64,000 bases of DNA from Octopus vulgaris (Eukaryota), in assembly GCA_951406725.2 (NCBI GenBank), contig OX597833.1, forward strand, positions 11,036,001 to 11,100,000. The letters run 5' to 3'. How positions within the stretch are numbered: the first letter of the stretch is position 1; every line of letters starts with the position of its first letter. Positions 55,001 through 64,000 of the stretch are shown here, piece by piece. Both the position numbers and the translations under genes were made by a program. The notes under the pieces were generated by a model. That model made no database searches. It worked only from the letters and a program-made list of their open reading frames with translations, and was not told the origin of the DNA.

Positions 55001-56791
55001 ATCTCTCTCTCTATTTCTTTCTCTCTCTCTCTCTCACTTTCTCTTCCTCTCTCCTCCCTCCTTCTTTCTGATCTACACAAACGTTTTTCCTATTATGGTA
55101 TATCACATTTTAAACGGCGATTATAGATTCTTTTGAGTTTACACAAAACTACTTTCTCCGTTGAATTTATTTGGTCATAGCCGAAGTATAAATGGCGTCA
55201 AGAATGATCACACCAACAGGATATCATCGAAAGTACCCCCATGAACCCAACCACAGAATATAGTTACCGAAGGACTGTATGCATTAACTACGCACTACTC
55301 CACCACTTAATCACGCTAGTGCCTCATGGTAAGGAAATTCTGAGCTTTCCAGTCAGAAGACACTATTTTCCACCTCTTCCCCACCAACTGTTCTTTCTTT
55401 AAACGAGATTTGTTTTTGCTTGAAATGCGATGGAACAGATTTTACCTGTCTATAACCGAACCATTAACGGTTTTATTAAAGGTTTCCCAATTCAGCTTAA
55501 ACTGAACTTTACAATCCTTTCTCCTCTCACTTTCCTTAAGACGTAAAATAACCCCAGTGATGCAGCAAATAAAACCAACGTGACCTGTTCACGACTAGCC
55601 GAGAGTTTTAGCTACGGTGTGCAGGATGTTCTGTTAAATAACTTTTAACTCCCTATCGACTGTCAATACTCTGCACCTCACCGTGTTCTTCTATTTTATA
55701 TTGGTTAAAAATTCCTTGCATCGTTCTTCTATTTTATCTCCGTTAAAATTTGAACAAAATCGTCTTTTTCCATTTTAGAGGAAATGCGTGACGTAACGGC
55801 CTTCCCTTCACACTCTTTTGACATCTGCACACAACCATCTACAGCCATGTATCTAGACATATTCATAAATATTACCTACACAAACACGTTGGCGTACACC
55901 TACAACATATATACATATAAATCATAGACACGTACAGTTCTTAACTCATACACAAACATTCATTCAGCAACACAGCTTACACTCGCATCGATAGTAGTTT
56001 GTATACACAAAACTACACACGTAAATATAATGAATGTTCAAACACATAGACACACACACACGCGCACACACATAGACACAAAGACACACACACACACACA
56101 CACACATACACACACATAAACTCAATCACATACACATATAGACACACACACACAAACTCGGATGTGTGTCTATTTATAATCGCAAATTTTAAAATTGAAA
56201 GTTCCTTTTCAAGGATTTCTTTTAATCCAAGTTTTTCTTATTTCACTTTACTTCATATTTTATTTATTTGATATTTTCTTACCAATTCTAGGTGTGGTTG
56301 GTGGAACAGCGCATAACGAAACAGGCGGCGGAAGTAATCTCTTATGTCTACCTAACGACCCCATTTGGGCCAATTACACTGGAGAAGTTACAAGTTGGAG
56401 TCACATATATGGCAGTGAATATGAAACACGAAATTCCTATGCGAAAAAATACTTTTCTTTTGCTAACGCTGAATCACTTTTTGATCACAATGTTCCGTGT
56501 GCTGTCTGTTTGACACGACAACCTGCTGTTGTTATGATGTTACCAGCCAGGACAAAGTGTTACGATGGTTGGACAGCTGAGTATTCAGGATATTTGATGA
56601 CCGAGTATCATAATCATAAAGGCAGACATGAATATGTGTGTGTGGACTATGCACCAGAAGCTGATCCAGCTGGTTACAGAAACGAGAATGGAGCTTTATT
56701 ATATTTTGTGAAGGGAATTTGTGGTTCATTGCCATGTCCACCGTATGTCTATAGTCGCATATTTACCTGCGTTGTGTGCAGTAAATATTGA
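49661..56791 (+). CDS. Copy E, intact short-chain collagen C4-like protein, 256 aa; exons 49661-49804, 54067-54118, 54906-54980, 56292-56791
   Basis: Canonical splice sites, 144+52+75+500 nt open frame and 10 conserved Cys. It has a single exon 2/3 module with the short intron 2. Confidence 0.9.
50769..51186 (+). mobile_element. tRNA-derived SINE (second family) in (TA)n of copy E intron 1
   Basis: Head GGCGCAGGAGTGGCTGTGTGGTAAG...GGGTTCAGTCCC, internal TA/TG tract and AAAGAGT tandem tail; homologous to 62327-62731. Confidence 0.85.
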
Positions 56792-57775
56792 ATGGAATAT
56801 GGTTGAGTTTGCTTCTCTATGAAAACTTATGTTAACCAATTACAAGACATAATATAATATCATAAAACAATATAGACATTTTAAATTCTGTTTGCTAATA
56901 TTTTATTGAAGTTATATAAATCGTTAAAATACTCTGTGCTACTAGTTAACAGAAAAATAATATAATGGAGAGAAAATCGACGCCAGAGAATGTGAGAATT
57001 ATGCTTATAGAACAATGCAAAGCTGAGTGAATAATTCTAGATAAACATTGTATAAGGATCAGTTCATAAAACTAAAATGTGGAAATAAAATTGTATTTCG
57101 TTTAACTGTATTTTGTGTTCTGCCTTAAATCTCAATAAACCCCACTTGAAGTAATATCATAGAAATATATGATGTTTCCATCATTTTTGAGAGGAATGTT
57201 AGTAGTAATCCTCTCACCACCTATTTTGTATTTACCTGTATTTATACAACCTCGTGACCCCGCCACAAGATTAGTTGACATCCTCATAACCGGAACACGT
57301 AACCCTCACACCTTGCACCATTTCCTAAACACTGATGCACAACAATCAGAAATTAAATCACCAGCGAGTATCGAATAAGAATATTTCTCTCACTGAAAAG
57401 CAGAATAATGGTAAATTGGAGCAAACATTTGCTTTACAACACTTACCACATATATAGAAAGCAGAGTAAAGACAGCAAAAGGACGTAGAAACATAATGAG
57501 GGTAAGCAAAGTTACTCTGTGTAAACTGTGTGATATGTTGAGACTGTTACAGCACATCCAATAAGAAACATCACTATGTGTTAGTGTAGAATATTCCTTA
57601 GATAAAAAAGAAGAAGATGGATATTTGGGAGACACAACGTCTTTCATGCAAGTAATTGAGTGCCATAAGCTTGCCATTAAGAAAATGCATGTATGTAGAC
57701 ATTTATAATAGGAATCAACTTTAAAGGTATACATGTGTTTATTCTTAACCCAATAAATCTTTTGGAAAATTCGGA

Positions 57776-57921
57776 CTGAGAATCGTAGCTACGTTCGAGT
57801 GGCACAGAGTGCGTCCTGTTTCAATCAATATTTCTGCGATATGATATTTTAGATGAGCACAACCGTCTATTTATTTGTTTAATACTATTATACACTCGAC
57901 GTATTTACTCCCGTCATAACA
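57776..57921 (+). mobile_element. Partial LTR-like segment (also about 2978-3110 and 16322-16455)
   Basis: Similar to 32540-32669 and ends in the same CGTCATAACA terminus. Confidence 0.5.
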
Positions 57922-59494
57922 TGGACAAATGGCATGCATGTAATCAAATCATAAGTTTCCCTGCTGGAATGTACGCCCATGTTCAGACTCGCCCGGCTCC
58001 ACACACTCTGACCGCCGTATTGCTTTTATAGGGAAGTAACTGTTTCGATGTAACATCAATATAGTTGTACTCTCAGAATCGAGGGTCCTGATGACGGCCA
58101 GTTAAAAGATATTTGGATACACTTTATAACATGCCGGCTGGAAATATCATCATTAGGTGAGACAAGCTGACACTGAATCAGCTTCACTGACTGACAGGTG
58201 GCGGTCGTTTAGAGAATGCGCGGGCTGAAATTACTCAGTTAAGGTGAGACTGTTTCACGTGACAACTTGCTGGGGCTGCCTGCTGGAGCCTTGCGGCAGG
58301 TATTTAAAGGGAAGAATTTGACAAGTCAGTCAGTTACCGGCTGACACTCGCTGACGATACATCAAAGAGGCCAGGGAACAGAAGAAAGAAGAAGAAAGAA
58401 GACATGCACCCAACACCAGAGCTGAAGACACCTCCGAAAGGCGGAGCCCCGCCACGTCAAAACGGTAATGGAGTAGGGACCGAAACCGGACGTGGTTCCT
58501 CCGGATGATGCCTTGAGCTAACTGGATACTATAAAGGAGCTGTTGTGGTAGCAGACCACGAAACACGGTTGTAATTCCTACAGTGGTAGGCAAATGTACC
58601 AAGTTAATGTTTATTTCCCTGAAAAACGAAATTTTTGCAGCATTTGGCAGAGCTTCGTCATAGATTCTTTGGAGTTACTCGGACACTGGGTTTGCAGATT
58701 GAAACCTTTTGTGAGAATGGTTATTCTTTATGCACCAACACTTGTCAGTGCAAGGGAGATGGGCTGCTCCTGCTCTAGCTGTATCAGGAGTGATGACTAA
58801 TATTTGGTTCAACTGAAAGTATAAATAGAAGCATCCACGTTGAAGTCATAAGAACATTCTTGATTATGTAATTGTCAACAGAAAAGACCTATCGGACGTA
58901 AAGCTGCCCGATTCATGCAGCGCGATGAATTATGGACAGATGACAGGTTTTTTTCCCGTTGATTACACTGGCGATCACTGTCCCCCAAAGGCTGAGGTGT
59001 GAAGCAGGAAGGCATCTTGGTGGGTGGATGCTTCTAAATGAAACTTTCCTGCAGCACTTAGACATTACAAAGAAGCAGCGAAAGCAGTCAATTCTACACA
59101 GAAATCAAGGATAAAGAAAGAAAATATAGAAAAGTACAAAACCAAGACAAAATAAACATAAACAAACTACATTTATTAGCTACGATTCACATACAAACTC
59201 ATTCTACTGCTCGACATTTTCAATTTATTGAGCTAACAACCAGAACTTTGAACAGAATCTTGACTGCTAACTGGCAGATTCTATACGTAGATAAGTGTTG
59301 AATGATTAGAAAAATGAATATTTCATAGCTAAATTTGATATCTGCTGACTGCATGCACAGACAGAGAACGTAATTATTCAGTCATTGACCTACATAGAAA
59401 CAACTCCTGGCTTTTCTGCCACTCGACAGAGGAAATCTGAGAACATGACTTTGGATCTGTCAGTAGATATGTTCACTGAACCGCGCCAGCCTTG

Positions 59495-59618
59495 AGTTTC
59501 CGTCTTCCAAATTCACTCACAAGGCGTTGGTCGGCCCCAGGCAATAGAAGAAGATACTTGCCCAATGTGCAATGGAGAGGGACTGAACACGGAATCATGT
59601 TGTTGGGAAGCAAGCTTC
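59495..59618 (-). mobile_element. Degenerate SINE fragment, same family
   Basis: GTTTCCGTCTTCCAAATTCACTCACAAGG...CTTGCCCAA...GGGACTGAAC matches 62592-62690. Confidence 0.7.
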
Positions 59619-59630
59619 GTTTCAATTTAG

Positions 59631-59813
59631 TACGGCCGTGTCCAACGACTACTTTAATTGATTGATGAAAATATTACACCATTGTAAAGAAACCGTTTCT
59701 GCCAGATGAATTCATGAACATTAAAATCGTGAATTCTTCTGACGAAAGCGATTTCTTTACAGTGATGTAATGTGTTCATTAATCAATTGAAGGAGTCGTA
59801 AGAAACGGTCGTA
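59631..59813. repeat. Degenerate 180-bp palindrome (old MITE-like)
   Basis: TACGGCCGT...AATTGATTGATGAA...GTAAAGAAA versus TTTCTTTAC...TTCATTAATCAATT...ACGGTCGTA. Confidence 0.7.
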
Positions 59814-60278
59814 ATTGATTGACACCTGTACTTCTCCCGTTACTCATTTACATTTTATTCACCTGTCCTGGAATCTGCTATTCGTAAACATTATGGACCG
59901 CATTTATATATAATGTACATGTCTGAATAGCTCAAGAGCGGATTTCTTCACTCAGCTGGGTTTAATTGTCTACATACTCTGCAAGAATATCATTCGGCCG
60001 GTTCTAAGGTACAAAGTTCGATATTTACTCAGTAGTGTTGTGTGTGTATATGATTCCTCCCTATCGAGGTGTCTCAATTTAAGTACCTGATTCAACAGAA
60101 TTTTATTTATATTTTATATACATATGTCCTTTCTACGTACGTGCTTACACACACACACACGCATACATACATAAATACATACATAGATAATTGCATATGT
60201 ATGTATAAATATATATGTATTATATTTATATATATAAGCACAGAGACACACACATAATTATAGATCTCTCTCTATCCC

Positions 60279-60322
<44 letters not shown>

Positions 60323-60433
60323 TATACGGAGTAAACACATAAATGTGAAACAAGGTGGAAATACTGTCCGATGCACGGCAACGGGAAACTCAGAGTAACG
60401 GGTTTTGTTGAATTTTCTGCTGCTTTAAATAAA

Positions 60434-60467
<34 letters not shown>

Positions 60468-60896
60468 CAATAGCACCATCCATTGACGGATTCTTCGATT
60501 ATTCCGATGATATCAAGTAAACAAATTGCCATTTTCAGGTGATATTTAACAAATAACCACATTGGTATGGAGCGAATTTTAATTAACCCGCTTGATAACT
60601 AATTCAGAACCACAAAGCGAATTTGCTAAAAGGAAAGTTGAATTGAAGAGTATATGAGTTAGATTTCGAAAGCAGAAATCAGAACCTACAGAAGGTAGAC
60701 AGATCACCATCCTGATTATTTATGGGACCAGAGCAGACCGTAGTAAACATTCTACAATAAGAAAAGAAAGGAGAAGAGAGAAAAGAAAGGAAATGAACGA
60801 AATCGTGGATATACAATTTACATTGGATAGGGTACTTAGGTGTGTATATGTCCAAATATATGCAACTGCCTATGTATACACAGACACACACACACA

Positions 60897-60956
<60 letters not shown>

Positions 60957-61111
60957 CATATGAAGAGAAGATTTCATTGTTTTACATCATTTATTCCTTT
61001 GGAATAATATCAGTGAAATTTTCGAAACATGTGTCGGAAGTAAAAGTATTTGAATTATACCTGCGTTAAACTCCATTTATATATATATATATATGTAATA
61101 TATTAGAAGAA

Positions 61112-61353
61112 ATAAGGTATCAGAAATCTGGATGGTTTTAAATTTACAGATTTTTATTAAAACGTCACATGCTTTTATAAGTTATATTATAGCGCTTGCA
61201 TCTACTCTAGTAGACTCTCCAGATTTGGAGACTCTCAAATCTGGAGAGTCTACCAGCGTAGATGCAAGCGCTATAATAGGATTTATAAAAAACATGTGAT
61301 ATATTAGTAAAAATCTGTAAATATAAAACCATCCAGATTTCTGAGTACCTTAT
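61112..61353. mobile_element. Near-perfect 240-bp palindrome (MITE-like)
   Basis: ATAAGGTA(C)TCAGAAATCTGGATGGTTTTA...CTCCAGATTTG / CAAATCTGGAG...TAAAACCATCCAGATTTCTGAGTACCTTAT. Confidence 0.8.
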
Positions 61354-61397
61354 ATAATACCTGTATATCACATCAAAACGTTCTAACATATATATAG

Positions 61398-61430
<33 letters not shown>

Positions 61431-61706
61431 TACATATATATATCAATATCCACACACAATGTACACACGTAAACTTAATCAACGTATGTACAAACACACG
61501 CGCGTGCGCACACGCAGATACTTCCCCCACACACAAACGCTCACTGAAATGTTCGACACCTGCAGAAATCGTGCGTGAACTTAAATGTCTCTAATGGCGA
61601 TTTTCACACTAAAATCTCCTTTTCAAGTATTGCTTTTAATCAACATTTTCCGCTATTTCATGTACAAATTTTCTCTTCTTAATCGATATATTCTTACCAA
61701 TTCTCG

Positions 61707-62171
61707 GTGTAGCTGGTGGACATTTCTCTGATCAAATGGGTGGTGGAAGTAATCTCTTATGTCTTCCTAACGATCCCATTTGGGCCAATTATCTTATAGA
61801 GGTCGAAAAAGCCAGTGACATATTCGCTGGTGAATATCAGTTATCGACTTACATCTTTATATATAAAACTGAAGTTGTGTGTGTGAGAGTCTGTCTACTC
61901 CGATTTAGATTCCTAACTACTCCCACATTTTGCGGTTCAGTTTAACCAAAACCGGGTATCTTATAGTCGTGATTCATATCGAGCCCTTCTGGGTATTAGC
62001 GCGCGTCTACGATGAGTCTACGATTAAAAAAAAATTTATCATCATTTTTCCGCATTTTAATGCGTTTTTTGCTCGGTTTATATAAGGGAAGTAACTCTCT
62101 AAAAATGCTTATATAGTTATTTCCCTTACAAACCCGAGCAACGCCGGGCGATACTGCTAGTTCGAAAATAA
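61707..62171 (+). pseudogene. Copy F: divergent relic of exon 4, acceptor mutated, interrupted and truncated
   Basis: ttcttaccaattctCg (AG>CG) is followed by [49 protein letters not shown]. After removing 61854-62160 the frame continues IRK*, matching ...SYAKKY of the other copies. Confidence 0.85.
61854..62160 (+). mobile_element. Non-autonomous Helitron-like element
   Basis: 5' TC, 3' CTAG, subterminal GC hairpin CCCGAGCAACGCCGGG 12 nt from the end, inserted between A and T with no TSD. Removing it restores the exon-4 alignment. Confidence 0.8.
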
Positions 62172-62326
62172 AAACAAAAAAGGATACCAAGAATAAGCTT
62201 TTCTTGAATTTTTTTTACTTTGTGCATCAAAACATGATGCATTTCTATGATGGTACGTCCATAGTGTTACAGACAGTTTGGTGGACAATACTTTGAAGAT
62301 GTCGACGGTAGATGCAATAATACGTA

Positions 62327-62731
62327 TACTCTTTTACTCTTTACTCCTTTATTTGTTTCAGTCATTTGAGTGTGGCCATGCTGGAGCACCGCCATTAGTC
62401 GAGCAAGCCAACCCCAGGACTTATTCTTTGTAAGCCTAGCACTTATTCTATCGGTTTCTTTTGCCGAACCACTAAGTTACGGAGACGTAAACACACCAGC
62501 ATCGGTTGTCAAGCGATGTTGGGGGTACAAACACAGAAACACAAACATATACACAGACACATGCACACATATATACGACGGGCTTCTTTCAGTTTCCGTC
62601 TACCAAATCCACTCACAAGGCTTTGGTTGGTCCGAGGCTATAGTAGCAGACACTTGCCCAAGGTGCCACGCAGTGGGACTGAACCCGGAACCATGTGGTT
62701 AGTAAGCAAGCTACTTACCACACAGCCACTC
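62327..62731 (-). mobile_element. SINE, same family as 50769-51186
   Basis: Reverse complement match from head (GAGTGGCTGTGTGGTAAG) to AAAGAGT tail. Confidence 0.85.
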
Positions 62732-63245
62732 GAAGCCATCATTTATTTTCTGTGACAAGCAAATGGTATGGTGGCTCAACGTGTTTAGAGATTTTAAGCA
62801 AACAACTTGCAAGCGTTACCAGTTGAAAGTTCTGCACACCGAATACTAGTTTATTGTGTCATCAGTAGAGAATGCGCGCCGTTTCAGAGCCTTCCTCTCT
62901 ACGGGATCATTGCGCCGCGCCTCACTGAAATGAAGGTCAGCTTGCTAGATCAGCTGATTATCAATTTTCGTTCAATATTCTTCTAGCCATTGCTCATATT
63001 CTCTTTTTAACCAAATTCAGCAGTTTGCCTTCTCCACTGTAGTCTGGATATAACTCATGATGGTTGATGTTTTACGATGAGCCAAGCCCGGCAACAACAG
63101 CAGCCGCCTCACGCTGTGTGGAACGAATCGTCAATATGGACAATCATTTCAAAGTTATCAATTATTTGACACGAGTAAAAGTATTGATCCTCTTACCAAC
63201 TATTTATTAAACCTATATCTACACAACCTTTCGATCTCTCTAGAC

Positions 63246-63464
63246 CAGTGGTTTTCAACCAGGATTCCGCGGAACCTTAGGGTTCCGCCAGTACAGTCCT
63301 GGGGTTCCGCAAGAAGTTACAAAACTGCTAAAATCGGCAGTAATTTTTAATTCTCCTGTGCAGATATGTGTGCATAAGACTATTAAATTACTGCACAGGG
63401 GTTCCTCGAGCCAGTGGAATGTTTCCTTGGGGTTCCGCTCCAGCAAAAATGTTGAAAAGCACTG
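63246..63464. mobile_element. hAT-type MITE
   Basis: TIRs CAGTGGTTTTCAAC / GTTGAAAAGCACTG, 8-bp TSD CTCTAGAC / CTCTACAC and repeated GGGTTCCG subterminal motifs. Confidence 0.85.
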
Positions 63465-63587
63465 CTCTACACAATATGGAGATGGCCTTATAATCGGAGC
63501 ACTTAACACTCATATATTGGAACTTTTCTTGAAATACTAGGGTGCAGGGAAAACAAACGAGATCACCTGGAAATATAGCCTAACTTA

Positions 63588-63630
63588 TAGGTGCAGGAGT
63601 GGTTGTGTGGTAAGTAGTTTGCTTATCCAA
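63588..63630 (+). mobile_element. SINE head fragment, same family
   Basis: AGGTGCAGGAGTGGTTGTGTGGTAAGTAGTTTGCTTATCCAA matches the 50769 head. Confidence 0.65.
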
Positions 63631-64000
63631 GCCGTCCAAAAATTTTTGGACGGCTTGGGTGACCGAGAACGTGTGGACACGGTCTGCTCAAGTAGTCCGT
63701 TATGGCCTCCGCAGGTGGCTGCGGAGGTAGTAACGGAAAACATTTTGTCAGAGGTCACAGCGACCTTTGACAAGAAAGAATTTGCCTTCCCCTTTGCAGG
63801 ACCCGACTTGTCGTTGCAGAGTTGTCTGCAGGCGGCAAGTCACTTTGCTTGGAGGACCTGGCTAGGAGAATTGTTGTAAATCTATGTGCTGCCCTTGTGG
63901 CAAATTAAATGAAAGAAAGTAGCTTGTAAGAGGTTTTAGTGCCTCCTTCTTGTAAGAGGTACGAAACCTCATATTGATTTTTAAAAAAAGAAGAAAAAAT

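Noticed and set aside
58081-58160. CTGATGA...GAAA resembling a hammerhead ribozyme of Penelope-like elements
   Set aside because: Stem II is only partly paired and no stem I partner could be found. A covariance-model search would be needed.

Overview
AT-rich, microsatellite- and SINE-laden eukaryotic DNA. The repeat repertoire looks cephalopod (Octopus-like); this is inferred, not verified. About 58 kb of the window is a head-to-tail tandem array (+ strand, period about 13.3-16.3 kb) of a 4-exon gene that the ORF track does not assemble. Exon 1 (144 bp) encodes an N-terminal signal anchor, exon 2 (52 bp) a stalk, and exon 3 (75 bp) plus exon 4 (about 500 bp) a 10-Cys short-chain-collagen-C4-like (spongin / collagen IV NC1-related) domain. 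There is no Gly-X-Y helix. Copies: A (partial, frameshifted), B (one nonsense codon), C, D and E (intact, 255-256 aa) and F (divergent exon-4 relic split by a Helitron-like insertion). Main observations: (1) Amino-acid differences cluster in a few short patches that are shuffled between copies, while introns are near-identical, as expected for a diversifying recognition family. (2) Copies B and C carry a duplicated exon 2/3 module that forces mutually exclusive use of two stalk exons, each preceded by a long inverted repeat that could pair in competing ways. (3) B and C look like fusions of a D-like and an E-like neighbour. Also present are tRNA-derived SINEs, a deleted mariner, Gypsy remnants, a hAT-type MITE and several foldback palindromes.
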